Assembly: GCA_029264995.1 (NCBI GenBank)
Contig: JAJUKC010000004.1
Coordinates: forward strand, 406 to 64,405
DNA: 64,000 nt
Direction of reading: 5' to 3'
Source of the DNA: Marinobacter sp.
Lineage (GTDB): Bacteria; Pseudomonadota; Gammaproteobacteria; Pseudomonadales; Oleiphilaceae
The first letter of the stretch is position 1, and every line of letters begins with the position of its first letter. Shown one piece after another: positions 24,443-34,830 of the stretch. A program made the translations under genes and the position numbers. Below the pieces are notes generated by a model. That model saw nothing but the letters and a program-made list of their open reading frames with translations, was not told the DNA's origin and did no database searches.

Positions 24443-25600
24443 ATGTTTGAACTCGTTGATAATGTTCAGCAGAACGCAGTTATCAAGGTCGTCGGTGTTG
24501 GCGGTGGCGGTGGCAACGCCGTTCGTCACATGCTCAACAGCGACGTGGAAGGCGTTGAATTTATCTGCGCCAACACAGATGCCCAGGCCCTGAAGGACCT
24601 GGACGCACGCCAGATCATCCAGCTGGGTGGCAACATCACCAAGGGCCTGGGTGCCGGCGCCAATCCGGAAGTTGGTCGCCAGTCTGCACTGGAAGACCGT
24701 GACCGTATTGCCGAAGCTCTGAGCGGCTCCGATATGGTGTTCATCACCGCCGGCATGGGTGGCGGTACCGGCACCGGAGCAGCCCCCGTGGTTGCTGAAG
24801 TTGCCCGTGAGCTGGGTATCCTGACGGTTGCGGTGGTTACCAAGCCGTTCCAGTTTGAAGGCGGCAAGCGCATGAGCGTGGCTGAAGCCGGTCTGAAGGA
24901 ACTGGAAGAGAGCGTTGACTCCCTGATTACCATTCCCAATGAAAAGCTGCTGGCAGTCATGGGCAAGAAAACCAGCCTGCTGGATGCCTTTGCCTCCGCC
25001 AATGATGTGTTGCTGGGTGCGGTTCAGGGCATTGCCGACCTGATTACCCGCAACGGTATGATCAACGTCGACTTTGCCGACGTGAAAACGGTTATGTCCG
25101 AGATGGGCATGGCGATGATGGGTACCGGTCGCGCCACCGGCGAGAATCGTGCCCGTGAAGCCGCAGAAGCCGCGGTTCGCAGCCCGCTGCTCGAAGACAT
25201 CAACCTGCAGGGTGCCAAGGGGATTCTGGTCAATATCACTGCTGGTATGGACCTGAATCTGGGCGAGTTCTCCGAAGTTGGCGATATTGTGCGCGAATTC
25301 GCGTCCGATTCTGCCACTGTGGTTGTCGGCACCGTGATCGATCCGGAAATGACCGACGAGCTCAAGGTCACCGTTGTGGCGACTGGCCTGGGTGGCGAGC
25401 GCGAGAAGCCGACCAAGGTGGTGGACAACACCCGTACCCTGGATGGCAAGACCGACTACAACCAGCTGGACCGTCCGGCCGTGTTGCGTCGTCGAGCGGT
25501 AGCCCAGGGTAATGTGGCGTTGGATCAGAGCAAAGAAAGCGAAGAGCAGGGCGTGGACTATCTCGATATTCCCGCATTCCTTCGCCGGCAGGCTGATTGA
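24443..25600 (+). CDS. ftsZ: Cell division protein FtsZ
   Basis: GGGTGTG tubulin motif, NVDFAD and the C-terminal LDIPAFLRRQAD. Confidence 0.98.
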   Translation: MFELVDNVQQNAVIKVVGVGGGGGNAVRHMLNSDVEGVEFICANTDAQALKDLDARQIIQLGGNITKGLGAGANPEVGRQSALEDRDRIAEALSGSDMVFITAGMGGGTGTGAAPVVAEVARELGILTVAVVTKPFQFEGGKRMSVAEAGLKELEESVDSLITIPNEKLLAVMGKKTSLLDAFASANDVLLGAVQGIADLITRNGMINVDFADVKTVMSEMGMAMMGTGRATGENRAREAAEAAVRSPLLEDINLQGAKGILVNITAGMDLNLGEFSEVGDIVREFASDSATVVVGTVIDPEMTDELKVTVVATGLGGEREKPTKVVDNTRTLDGKTDYNQLDRPAVLRRRAVAQGNVALDQSKESEEQGVDYLDIPAFLRRQAD

Positions 25601-25810
25601 TAATCTGTCTCAATCGTGGCAGGGCTGGCTTTACTGTGAAACGGAAGGCATAAGCTTTCGCCTAAGTTGAGCTGATAAACCATAGCTCATGGCTATTGCA
25701 AGATTTAAGTAAAGTCATGTTGGTTAAATGGTACTCAGTCTTGAATTCTGATATTCTCCGGGCAGTTTTTTGCTCAGAATATCGACTTTTTGTGACGGAA
25801 TAATGAACCG

Positions 25811-26725
25811 ATGATCAGACAACGGACACTCAAAAACACCATCCGCGCGACCGGTGTTGGCCTGCATTCCGGGGAAAAGGTTTACCTGACCCTGAAGCCA
25901 GCACCCGTCGATACGGGGATCATCTTCCGCCGCACGGACCTTGACCCGATGGTCGAAATCCGTGCCTGTGCGGAGAATGTGGGTGAGACCATGCTGTCCA
26001 CGACGCTGGTAAAAGACGGTGTCCGTGTGGCGACAGTAGAGCATCTGCTCTCTGCCATGGCTGGTCTCGGCATCGACAACTGTTTTGTCGAACTCAGTGC
26101 CGCAGAAGTGCCGATCATGGATGGCTCTGCCGGGCCGTTTGTGTTCCTGCTTCAGTCTGCCGGAATCTCCGAGCAGGAAGCGGCCAAGCGTTTTATCCGC
26201 ATCAAGCGCGAAGTCACTGTGGAAGAGGGCGACAAGAAAGCCACCTTCCTGCCGTTTGAAGGCTTTAAGGTGAGCTTCGGGATTGATTTCGACCACCCGG
26301 TCTTCAAGGGTCGTGCCCAGACAGCGACTGTGGACTTTTCCAGCACCTCCTTCGTGAAGGAAGTGTCCCGCGCCAGAACCTTCGGGTTCATGCGTGATAT
26401 TGAAAAGCTGCGGGCGATGAACCTGGCGCTGGGTGGCAGTGTGGATAACGCGATTGTGGTGGACGACTACAAGATCCTCAATGAGGACGGTCTTCGCTAC
26501 GATGACGAGTTCGTCAAGCACAAGGTACTGGATGCCATCGGCGATCTTTACCTGTTGGGCAACAGCCTGATTGGTGAATTCCGTGGTATCAAATCAGGTC
26601 ACGACCTGAACAACAAGCTGCTGCGCAAGCTCAGGGCAGAAGAAGATGCATGGGAAGTAGTGACCTTCGATGATGAAGCCACTGCACCTATCTCTTACAT
26701 GAAACCTGTGCTGGCGGTGGGTTAA
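25811..26725 (+). CDS. lpxC: UDP-3-O-acyl-GlcNAc deacetylase
   Basis: GVGLHSG, TVEHL, PIMDGS and [10 protein letters not shown]. Confidence 0.97.
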   Translation: MIRQRTLKNTIRATGVGLHSGEKVYLTLKPAPVDTGIIFRRTDLDPMVEIRACAENVGETMLSTTLVKDGVRVATVEHLLSAMAGLGIDNCFVELSAAEVPIMDGSAGPFVFLLQSAGISEQEAAKRFIRIKREVTVEEGDKKATFLPFEGFKVSFGIDFDHPVFKGRAQTATVDFSSTSFVKEVSRARTFGFMRDIEKLRAMNLALGGSVDNAIVVDDYKILNEDGLRYDDEFVKHKVLDAIGDLYLLGNSLIGEFRGIKSGHDLNNKLLRKLRAEEDAWEVVTFDDEATAPISYMKPVLAVG

Positions 26726-26736
26726 GGCCGGACGCC

Positions 26737-27186
26737 TTAATCCCGGACGTGGCTGGCGAGTTTTTCGAGAACCTCGCGTAGAGCTTTATCCTTCGTGTGC
26801 CCGGCTTCCTCCTGGAGGAGCCGGGCATTTTCTTTGCTGAGCGGCTCTTTTACCGGTTTGCGTTGGCTGGCGAATCTGGGTGGGCTGACCTTGATTCTGA
26901 CCTTCCAGACGTAGCGGAACAGTTCATTCTCCCTCAGCGCCGACATGATCTCGTGCTGGCGAAAGCGCAGCCGAGTGGCTTTACTGGCGTTATCAGTGGA
27001 CAGCACCAGTTCACCCTCCCGACAGCTGACAAATCGAGTACCCTCGGACAGTTCTGCGGGAATGGCCGCCAGTACCAGTTGTTCTGCCTGAAGGTGTAAC
27101 TCGGCTTTGGACATCAGCTCTTTGAGCGTGTTGTTGCCTGCCGGCCCTTTGCCGAAGATCATTTTCTGATCATTTTTTTCCGTCAT
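26737..27186 (-). CDS. dciA: DciA (DUF721) family replicative helicase loader, probable
   Basis: L-x-L-S-T-D-N-A-S-x-A-T-x-L-R-F pattern with a basic C-terminal tail; occupies the lpxC-DUF721-M23-secA position typical of pseudomonads. Confidence 0.75.
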   Translation of the reverse strand: MTEKNDQKMIFGKGPAGNNTLKELMSKAELHLQAEQLVLAAIPAELSEGTRFVSCREGELVLSTDNASKATRLRFRQHEIMSALRENELFRYVWKVRIKVSPPRFASQRKPVKEPLSKENARLLQEEAGHTKDKALREVLEKLASHVRD

Positions 27187-27399
27187 GGTCGCTTTTTTCT
27201 CGACGAGCCTGTTTACGATTGGTTACACTTCGGCACGCTTTGTGCGTAGCGCCATTATGACTCTCGTTTTACATTGTCGTGAGTGAGAGTGTCTACCGGG
27301 CGCTGCGATTATTCAGTACGTAGTTGTTGCCAAGGATAGCAGACCCGCTCGGAATATTTCCGGGTCGCAGCACTACAGGGATACGGTTGCGGCTCAACA

Positions 27400-28356
27400 A
27401 TGAAACCGAAAGACGATATGAACGTAATTTTCGTAGGCAAACGCCACGGCCAGTCCAGGGCAATACCGCTGAATGGGCCGCTGTTGTGTGGCCTGGTCTT
27501 TCTGGTGTTGGCCACGCTGGCGGCAGCCGGATGGGCTGGCTACCAGGTGGCGGTCAGCCAGTTTGAAGCCCGGGAGCCGACCGAGTCTGAGCTTGTGGCC
27601 GGCTGGAAAGAAAAGCTGGAAGATCAGAAGAACGAAGTCGCTCAGGTTCGTGAGAATGTTCAGCAACAGATTGATGCGCTGACCCTGCGGCTGGGCCAGA
27701 TCCAGGGCCGTCTTCTGCGCCTGGATGCGCTCGGCCAGCGATTCGTGGAAACGGGCATGGTCGCCAGCGATGAATTCAATTTTGACAAGCCGGCGGCGGT
27801 TGGTGGCCCCGAAGAGGATGCGCTACCCGGGGATTCTTACACGGCTCCCGAGCTGACAGACATGATCAATCAGCTGGAACAGCAGATCAACGATCGTGAA
27901 AAGCAGCTGCGCCTGCTCGATAAAGTGGCTTCCCGAAAAAAACTGGAAGATGAGCTCTATGTGCAGGGGCGGCCGATCACCTGGGGCTGGCTCTCGTCCA
28001 AATACGGTTACCGCTCAGACCCTTTTACCGGAAAACGTACCTGGCATGCCGGTGTTGATCTGGCCGGCAAGGAAGGCAGCGACATTATTGCCGTGGCCGC
28101 CGGTGTTGTAACCTGGGCAGACGAGCGCTATGGCTACGGAAACCTGGTTGAAATCGACCACGGTGATGGCCTGGTTACCCGCTATGCCCATGCCAAGACT
28201 ATCAAGGTCAGTGTAGGGGATGTGGTTCAGAAAGGTCAGGTGGTTGCGCTGATGGGCAGCACCGGTCGTTCTACTGGTCCCCACGTTCATTTCGAAGTTA
28301 TCCGCAATGGTAAATCCGAAAATCCGGTGAAATACATCCAGCGTGCAAGCCGCTGA
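27400..28356 (+). CDS. M23 family peptidoglycan endopeptidase
   Basis: N-terminal TM, coiled coil, HAGVD (HxxxD), YAH and STGPHVHFE. Confidence 0.92.
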   Translation: MKPKDDMNVIFVGKRHGQSRAIPLNGPLLCGLVFLVLATLAAAGWAGYQVAVSQFEAREPTESELVAGWKEKLEDQKNEVAQVRENVQQQIDALTLRLGQIQGRLLRLDALGQRFVETGMVASDEFNFDKPAAVGGPEEDALPGDSYTAPELTDMINQLEQQINDREKQLRLLDKVASRKKLEDELYVQGRPITWGWLSSKYGYRSDPFTGKRTWHAGVDLAGKEGSDIIAVAAGVVTWADERYGYGNLVEIDHGDGLVTRYAHAKTIKVSVGDVVQKGQVVALMGSTGRSTGPHVHFEVIRNGKSENPVKYIQRASR

Positions 28357-28380
28357 TTCCATTCCCGTGAACCCCGCCTT

Positions 28381-28408
28381 TTGTCCTGTCGCCAAATAAG
28401 GTTAGAAT
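28381..28408 (+). promoter_or_regulatory. Putative sigma70 promoter of secA
   Basis: TTGTCC-16 nt-TAGAAT in the M23-secA gap. Confidence 0.45.
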
Positions 28409-28445
28409 GCCGGCTTCCTCCGTTTAACTGAAGAAGCAGTGGTCT

Positions 28446-31184
28446 ATGTTCACAAAGCTTGCAACCAAGATGTTCGGCAGTAAGAACGCCAGAGAAATCA
28501 AGAGGATGCGCAAAGTTGTCACGCGCATCAACGAACTTGAAGAACAGTTTGGCGCGTTGTCTGACACCGAGTTGCAAGGCAAGACTGCTGAGTTCCGGCG
28601 CAGGCTTGATGAAGGCGAAGCGCTGGACAGCCTGCTGCCGGAAGTCTTTGCCACGGTGCGGGAGGCCAGCCGCCGGGTGCTGGGCATGCGCCACTACGAT
28701 GTCCAGCTCATCGGGGGCATGACCCTGCACGAGGGCCGAATCGCCGAAATGAAGACCGGTGAAGGTAAAACCCTGGTGGCAACCGCCGCAGTCTACCTGA
28801 ATGCGCTTCCCGGCAAAGGCGTGCACGTCGTAACCGTGAACGATTACCTGGCCCGCCGTGATGCCGAGTGGATGGGCAAACTGTACCGCTTCCTCGGCAT
28901 GCAGGTGGGGGTAGTGGCGTCTGGCCAGCCACAGGAAGAAAAGCGTGCCGCCTACCAGGCCGATATCACCTACGGTACCAATAACGAGTTCGGTTTCGAC
29001 TACCTGCGCGACAACATGGCCTTCAGTATTGAGGACAAGGTTCAGCGCGGTCTCCACTTTGCCATTGTTGATGAAGTGGATTCCATCTTGATCGACGAGG
29101 CCCGTACCCCGCTCATTATTTCCGGCGCTGCCGAGGACTCCTCCAAGCTGTATCAGGCCGTCAATGCTCTGGTGCCGAGTCTTGAGAAGGGCGAGGTCAG
29201 TGAGGAAGGTGAATCCTCCGGTGACTTTACCATTGACGAGAAATCGCGCCAGGTTGAACTGACCGAAGCCGGTCACGAGAAGGTCGAAGATCTGCTGCTT
29301 GGCCAGGGCCTGCTGAAAGAGGGCGAAAGCCTGTATTCGGCTGCCAATCTGAGCCTGCTGCACCATGTACACTCGGCACTCCGTGCCCACCACCTGTTCC
29401 AGAAAGACGTGGATTACATTGTTCAGGGCGGTCAGGTGGTGATCGTAGACGAACACACCGGCCGGACCATGCCCGGTCGCCGGTGGAGCGAAGGTTTGCA
29501 TCAGGCGATTGAAGCAAAAGAAGGGCTCAAGATTCAGGCCGAAAGCCAGACGCTGGCGTCGACCACCTTCCAGAACTATTTCCGTCTGTACGACAAGCTG
29601 GCCGGTATGACCGGTACGGCGGATACCGAGGCCTTCGAATTCCGCCAGATCTACGGCCTGGACGTGGTGGTGATTCCGCCGAATAAACCGATCCAGCGGA
29701 TTGATTACAACGACCTGGTGTACCTGACCCAGGAAGAGAAATTCCACGCCATTATCGATGAAATCAAGGATGTGACCGCAGAAGGGCGGCCTATTCTGGT
29801 GGGTACGGCGTCCATCGAGGCCTCCGAGCTTCTGTCCATGCTGCTGAAGAAGGCGCGGATTGACCACAAGATCCTGAACGCCAAACAGCACGAATCCGAA
29901 GCCCTGATTATTGCCCAGGCCGGGCGGCCGGGTGCGGTTACCATTGCCACCAACATGGCGGGTAGGGGTACCGATATTGTCCTCGGTGGTAACTGGGAAT
30001 ATGAAGTCGCAGCCCTGGATAATCCCTCGGAAGAGGAAGTGGCTCGCATGAAGGCGGAGTGGACTGAGCGCCACAACCAGGTACTGGACGCCGGCGGCCT
30101 GCACATCATCGGTACCGAGCGCCACGAATCCCGCCGGATTGATAACCAGCTCCGCGGTCGTGCCGGTCGCCAGGGCGATCCGGGTTCCTCCCGATTCTTC
30201 CTGTCGCTGGAAGACAACCTGATGCGGATCTTTGCGCCGGAGCGCGTGAAGAATCTGATGCAGGCCATGGGCATGAAGAAAGGTGAAGCCATCGAGCACC
30301 GGATGGTCACCAATGCCATTGAAAAGTCGCAGCGCAAGGTCGAAGGCCGCAACTTCGATATGCGTAAAACGCTGCTTGAATACGACGATGTGGCCAATGA
30401 TCAGCGTACGGTCATCTACGAGCAGCGTAACGAGGTGATGGCGTCCAACGACATTTCCGAGATGATCGATACCATCCGCGAAGACGTGGTGGATTCGGTG
30501 GTCAGTGAGTTTATTCCTCCGCAAAGCATGCCCGAGCAGTGGGATGTGCAGGGGCTGGAGGCTCAGCTGCAGTCCGAGATGGCAATTGAGCTGCCCATCC
30601 AGCAGTGGCTGAAGGACGACAACAAGCTGTATGAAGATAATCTTCGCCAGAAGATTCTTGATGCCATTGTGGCTGAGTACAAGGCCAAGGAAGAAGTGGC
30701 CGGTGCCGAGGCCATGCGCAAGTTCGAGAAGCAGGTGTTCCTGCAGGTGCTCGATACCCTGTGGAAGGAGCACTTGTCCAACATGGATCACCTGCGCCGG
30801 GGTATCCATCTGCGTGGCTACGCTCAGAAGAACCCGAAGCAGGAATACAAGCGCGAGGCGTTTAACCTGTTCGAAACCATGCTCGATACCATGAAGCGTG
30901 ACGTTACCCGGGTGCTGTGCCACGTGCGGGTTCAGAGCCAGGAAGAAATGGCGGAAATCGAGCGTCGACGCAAGGAAGAGCTGGAGCGGGAAATGGCGCG
31001 CGCCAAACTCCGCCATGAGCAGGCCAGTGCCGCTCAGGCAGAAGGTGAGGGTGACAGTGGCCAGCAGGGCCAGCAGGCAACCCCGGAGACCTTTGTCCGC
31101 CAGGAGCGCAAGGTCGGCCGTAACGAGCCCTGCCCCTGCGGGTCTGGCAAAAAGTACAAGCAATGCTGCGGAAAGGTGAGCTGA
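28446..31184 (+). CDS. secA: Preprotein translocase SecA
   Basis: [40 protein letters not shown] and [17 protein letters not shown]. Confidence 0.99.
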   Translation: MFTKLATKMFGSKNAREIKRMRKVVTRINELEEQFGALSDTELQGKTAEFRRRLDEGEALDSLLPEVFATVREASRRVLGMRHYDVQLIGGMTLHEGRIAEMKTGEGKTLVATAAVYLNALPGKGVHVVTVNDYLARRDAEWMGKLYRFLGMQVGVVASGQPQEEKRAAYQADITYGTNNEFGFDYLRDNMAFSIEDKVQRGLHFAIVDEVDSILIDEARTPLIISGAAEDSSKLYQAVNALVPSLEKGEVSEEGESSGDFTIDEKSRQVELTEAGHEKVEDLLLGQGLLKEGESLYSAANLSLLHHVHSALRAHHLFQKDVDYIVQGGQVVIVDEHTGRTMPGRRWSEGLHQAIEAKEGLKIQAESQTLASTTFQNYFRLYDKLAGMTGTADTEAFEFRQIYGLDVVVIPPNKPIQRIDYNDLVYLTQEEKFHAIIDEIKDVTAEGRPILVGTASIEASELLSMLLKKARIDHKILNAKQHESEALIIAQAGRPGAVTIATNMAGRGTDIVLGGNWEYEVAALDNPSEEEVARMKAEWTERHNQVLDAGGLHIIGTERHESRRIDNQLRGRAGRQGDPGSSRFFLSLEDNLMRIFAPERVKNLMQAMGMKKGEAIEHRMVTNAIEKSQRKVEGRNFDMRKTLLEYDDVANDQRTVIYEQRNEVMASNDISEMIDTIREDVVDSVVSEFIPPQSMPEQWDVQGLEAQLQSEMAIELPIQQWLKDDNKLYEDNLRQKILDAIVAEYKAKEEVAGAEAMRKFEKQVFLQVLDTLWKEHLSNMDHLRRGIHLRGYAQKNPKQEYKREAFNLFETMLDTMKRDVTRVLCHVRVQSQEEMAEIERRRKEELEREMARAKLRHEQASAAQAEGEGDSGQQGQQATPETFVRQERKVGRNEPCPCGSGKKYKQCCGKVS

Positions 31185-31207
31185 TCAGCCACCGAGTACC
31201 CGGAAAC

Positions 31208-31250
31208 CAGAACCCGCAATTCGCCAGTGCGCTGGCGCTTGCGGGTTCTG
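31208..31250 (+). other. Long stem-loop between secA and argJ
   Basis: CAGAACCCGCAA...CGCCAG-TGCG-CTGGCG...TTGCGGGTTCTG with only a weak U-tract. Confidence 0.6.
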
Positions 31251-31285
31251 TCGTTTGAAGATCAGGAAAAATCAAGGAGACAGGC

Positions 31286-32503
31286 ATGGCGGTAGGTCCC
31301 GGAACCTTACCCGATTTCTTCCCGGTGGCGGGAATCAAGCTGGGCATTGCCAGTGCCGGGATCAAGAAGCCCGGCAGAAAAGACATAGTGGTGTTTGAGC
31401 TGGCGCCGGAAACCCGGGTAGCGGGCATTTTTACCCGCAACCAGTTCTGTGCGGCCCCAGTGGTCCTCAGCCGCCGCCATCTGTCCCAAGATGCTCCTCG
31501 CTATCTGCTGATCAATACCGGCAATGCCAACGCCGGTACCGGCGAACGGGGCCTGGCGGACGCCACGGCCTGCTGCGAGGCGCTGGCGAAAGAGGTGGGC
31601 ATTTCTGCCAGCCAGGTACTGCCATTCTCTACCGGGGTGATTGGTGAGCCACTGCCGGTTGCCAAGATCGTCAGTGCGCTGCCAGAGGCCCTGGCCGACA
31701 CCCGGGAAGACCGCTGGGCAGAGGCGGCATCGGGAATCATGACCACCGATACCCGCCCTAAGGGCGCGTCGCGGCAGGTGGATCTGGATGGCCACCGGGT
31801 GACCATTTCCGGAATCAGCAAGGGCGCGGGTATGATTCGCCCCAACATGGCCACCATGCTCGGCTTTATCGCCACCGATGCCCGTCTGGCGCCGGAGGTT
31901 TTGCAAACGCTGGCTTCTGAGCTCGGCGAGAAGTCGTTTAACCGCATTACCATTGATGGCGACACCTCCACCAATGATGCCTGCATGCTGATGGCCAGCG
32001 GCCAGTATGGCGGGCCTGAAATTACCGCCGACAGCCCGCTGTTGCCGGTATTGCGGGCGGCCCTTCAGGAGGTGTACCTGGAGCTGGCCCACGCCATTGT
32101 CCGGGATGGCGAGGGCGCCACCAAATTTGTGACCATCGATGTCAGTGGCGCAGCCGACCAGCAAGAAGCGCTGGATGTGGCCTACACCGTGGCGCACTCC
32201 CCACTGGTGAAAACAGCCCTGTTCGCATCAGACCCGAACTGGGGACGTATCCTGGCGGCCGTTGGCCGTGCCGGTGTGGAGAATCTGGATCTGAACGCCC
32301 TGGAAATCTACCTGGGCGATGTCTGCCTGGTGCGCAACGGTGGCCGTGCCGACGACTACTCCGAGGCTCGGGGCCAGGCGGTGATGGATCAGGAAGAGAT
32401 CACCATTGCCATTGATCTGAAGCGGGGCAATGTCCGGGAAACAGTCTGGACCTGTGATTTTTCCCATGATTACGTGACCATCAATGCCGAATATCGTACC
32501 TGA
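31286..32503 (+). CDS. argJ: Bifunctional ornithine acetyltransferase
   Basis: GNANAGTG, STGVIG, KGAGMIRPNMATML, DGEGATK and DPNWGRI. Confidence 0.97.
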   Translation: MAVGPGTLPDFFPVAGIKLGIASAGIKKPGRKDIVVFELAPETRVAGIFTRNQFCAAPVVLSRRHLSQDAPRYLLINTGNANAGTGERGLADATACCEALAKEVGISASQVLPFSTGVIGEPLPVAKIVSALPEALADTREDRWAEAASGIMTTDTRPKGASRQVDLDGHRVTISGISKGAGMIRPNMATMLGFIATDARLAPEVLQTLASELGEKSFNRITIDGDTSTNDACMLMASGQYGGPEITADSPLLPVLRAALQEVYLELAHAIVRDGEGATKFVTIDVSGAADQQEALDVAYTVAHSPLVKTALFASDPNWGRILAAVGRAGVENLDLNALEIYLGDVCLVRNGGRADDYSEARGQAVMDQEEITIAIDLKRGNVRETVWTCDFSHDYVTINAEYRT

Positions 32504-33473
32504 GACCGCCGACGGCATTTCGGCTAGCCATAAGACCGTTCATGTGGCAGTGGGCGTGATCATTCGGGATGGCCGTGTCCTGATTGCAAGGCGCCCGGAT
32601 ACAGCCCATCAGGGCGGTTTGCTGGAGTTCCCGGGCGGCAAGGTCGAGCCCGGAGAAACCGTCCAACAGGCTCTGTGTCGGGAGATCGCCGAGGAGACCG
32701 GGCTGGTGCTGTCTGAAGACAGTCTGGAGCCGCTGATTGGCATACGCCATGACTACGGCGACAAATGTGTGTTTCTTGATGTCTGGTCGAGCCACTCGGC
32801 TCAGGGCGAGCCGGAGGGCAAAGAAGGTCAGCCGGTCAGATGGTTGGCTCCGGATGCGCTCAAGGACGAAGAGTTTCCCGCCGCCAACCGGCCCATCATC
32901 AGGGCGCTGCGATTGCCCCACCGACTTCCGATTACCGGAACGATTGAGGATGTGCCGGCAGGCCTGGCCAGACTCGGCGCCGCTCTCGACCGGGGGCAGC
33001 CGGATTCACTGGTGGTGTTACGCGCTCCGACACTCTCCGGGGCGGCGTACCTGGAGCTGGCAGCAGCGGCTCTGGGCGTGTGCCGGGAAAGGGGCGTCGG
33101 GTTGATTCTGCATGGGGCGGCAGACCTGTGTCGGACAGTGTCAGAAGCCCAAGGCGTTCATCTGCCCTGGCGCGAGGCGCAGAGGCATTCAGAGCGACCT
33201 GTCAGCGACGATTGCTGGCTGGGTGTGTCTTGCCATAGTGCTGAGCAATTGCGCCACGCAGAGCGCCTGGGGGCGGATTACGTGGTCCTGGGTAATGTGC
33301 TGGAGACGCCCAGCCATCCGGGCCAGTGTGGAATTGGGTGGGCTGCTTTCCAGGCGTTGGCAGCGACGGCAAAGGTGCCGGTATACGGTATCGGAGGTCT
33401 GGGGCCTGAGCACCAGTCCCGGGCCCGCGCGCTTGGTGGCCAGGGCGTGGCTGGTATCGGTTTCTGGTGGTAG
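32484..33473 (+). CDS. mutT: MutT-type Nudix hydrolase fused to a thiamine-phosphate-synthase-like domain
   Basis: Nudix box EFPGGKVEPGE..REIAEETG and FPAAN; C-terminal GVHL, GVSCH, GADY, TPSHP and IGG. Confidence 0.88.
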   Translation: MPNIVPETADGISASHKTVHVAVGVIIRDGRVLIARRPDTAHQGGLLEFPGGKVEPGETVQQALCREIAEETGLVLSEDSLEPLIGIRHDYGDKCVFLDVWSSHSAQGEPEGKEGQPVRWLAPDALKDEEFPAANRPIIRALRLPHRLPITGTIEDVPAGLARLGAALDRGQPDSLVVLRAPTLSGAAYLELAAAALGVCRERGVGLILHGAADLCRTVSEAQGVHLPWREAQRHSERPVSDDCWLGVSCHSAEQLRHAERLGADYVVLGNVLETPSHPGQCGIGWAAFQALAATAKVPVYGIGGLGPEHQSRARALGGQGVAGIGFWW

Positions 33474-33560
33474 CCGTCAGTGGCCCGGGGCGATTACGGA
33501 TACCAACCGGGCCCGGGTCATGCCAAAGTAACCTCTTCAACAGATCAATCGGAGCATTCT

Positions 33561-34043
33561 GTGACAAAACTGACCCATCTGGATGACAAGGGTGAAGCCC
33601 GAATGGTAGATGTCACCGACAAAGCGGTGACGGAACGCGAGGCCAGAGCCGAGGCCTGTGTCCGGATGGCTCCGGAAACCCTGAGAATGATTCTGGAGGG
33701 TGAGCATCCCAAGGGCGATGTGCTGGCGACGGCCCGAATTGCCGGCATCATGGCTGCCAAACGAACCCACGACCTGATTCCCCTGTGCCATGCGCTTAAC
33801 CTGACCGCCGTGAAAGTCGAACTGAGGGCTGGCGATGATGGCGCATCGGTGGCAATCGAGACCCGGTGCAAACTGGCTGGTCAGACCGGTGTGGAAATGG
33901 AAGCGCTGACGGCCGCGAGTGTGGCGGCCCTGACCATTTACGACATGTGCAAGGCGGTCGACAAAGGCATGGTGATCGATAATCTGCGCCTGCTGGAAAA
34001 GAAAGGCGGCCGCTCCGGCCACTGGCAGGCCCGGGAGCAATGA
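33561..34043 (+). CDS. moaC: Cyclic pyranopterin monophosphate synthase
   Basis: [27 protein letters not shown] and YDMCKAVD; GGAG RBS before GTG 33561. Confidence 0.96.
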   Translation: MTKLTHLDDKGEARMVDVTDKAVTEREARAEACVRMAPETLRMILEGEHPKGDVLATARIAGIMAAKRTHDLIPLCHALNLTAVKVELRAGDDGASVAIETRCKLAGQTGVEMEALTAASVAALTIYDMCKAVDKGMVIDNLRLLEKKGGRSGHWQAREQ

Positions 34044-34131
34044 TCTGAAGCCTGGCGGCGACCGTAACCTTTCGGGTACCGCATAAACCGGAGGGGAACC
34101 GTGTCGACACTACGCCAGGCAAGCAGCCGCA

Positions 34132-34140
34132 TGATAGAAT
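34132..34140 (+). promoter_or_regulatory. Putative extended -10 promoter of ribA
   Basis: TG-A-TAGAAT 35 nt upstream of the start. Confidence 0.45.
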
Positions 34141-34175
34141 GCCCGCCCAATTTGTCCGAACCACGAGGAAACACA

Positions 34176-34787
34176 GTGGCTGTTCGTTACATTGAAACCT
34201 GCCGTTTGCCCACCCCCTTTGGTGTGTTTGATATGCACGGCTTTGAGGAGCCGGACACCGGGAAGGAGCATGTGGCGCTGACGTTGGGGGACATTGATAG
34301 CGCAGAACCACTGCTGGCGCGAACCCACTCCGAATGTTTAACTGGCGACGCCCTGTACAGCATGCGTTGTGACTGTGGTTACCAGCTGGAAGAAGCGTTG
34401 CGCAGTATCGCCCGGGAGGGTCGGGGTATTCTGATGTACCTGCGTCAGGAAGGCCGTGGTATCGGGTTGCTGAACAAGATCCGGGCTTATCGTCTGCAGG
34501 ATCAGGGCGCCGACACCGTGGAAGCCAATGAGCGCCTGGGCTTTGGTGCAGATCTCCGGGATTACAGCATGTGCAAGGACATGCTTGAACACCTGGGCAT
34601 CAAAAGCCTGCGCTTGATGACCAACAACCCGCGCAAGGTGAAGGCGCTGGAATCTTACGGCATCAACATTGCCGAGCGCGTGCCTTTGCATGTGGGCCGC
34701 AACCCGCACAACGAGCACTACCTGAACACCAAGCAGAGCAAGCTGGGGCACTGGCTGGAAACCCACCAGGACGACGACCCGGTCTGA
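34176..34787 (+). CDS. ribA: GTP cyclohydrolase II
   Basis: [21 protein letters not shown] and MTNNPRK; GAGGA RBS before GTG 34176. Confidence 0.96.
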   Translation: MAVRYIETCRLPTPFGVFDMHGFEEPDTGKEHVALTLGDIDSAEPLLARTHSECLTGDALYSMRCDCGYQLEEALRSIAREGRGILMYLRQEGRGIGLLNKIRAYRLQDQGADTVEANERLGFGADLRDYSMCKDMLEHLGIKSLRLMTNNPRKVKALESYGINIAERVPLHVGRNPHNEHYLNTKQSKLGHWLETHQDDDPV

Positions 34788-34830
34788 TGGATCTCTGGCG
34801 GATCAGTGCTGATCCGCCTTCCTTCCCGAG

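Noticed and set aside
28287-31163. 958-aa antisense ORF opposite secA
   Set aside because: Shadow ORF on the reverse strand of a codon-biased, GC-rich gene; no motifs and it fully overlaps an essential gene.
33474-33560. GC-rich hairpin (TGGCCCGGG...CCCGGGTCA) upstream of moaC as a possible Moco riboswitch
   Set aside because: The gap is only about 87 nt and I cannot see the multi-stem, GNRA-containing Moco motif; an Infernal scan would settle it.
34044-34175. Possible FMN riboswitch upstream of ribA
   Set aside because: Lacks the conserved AGGGC.GGGTGAAATTCCC.ACCG core.
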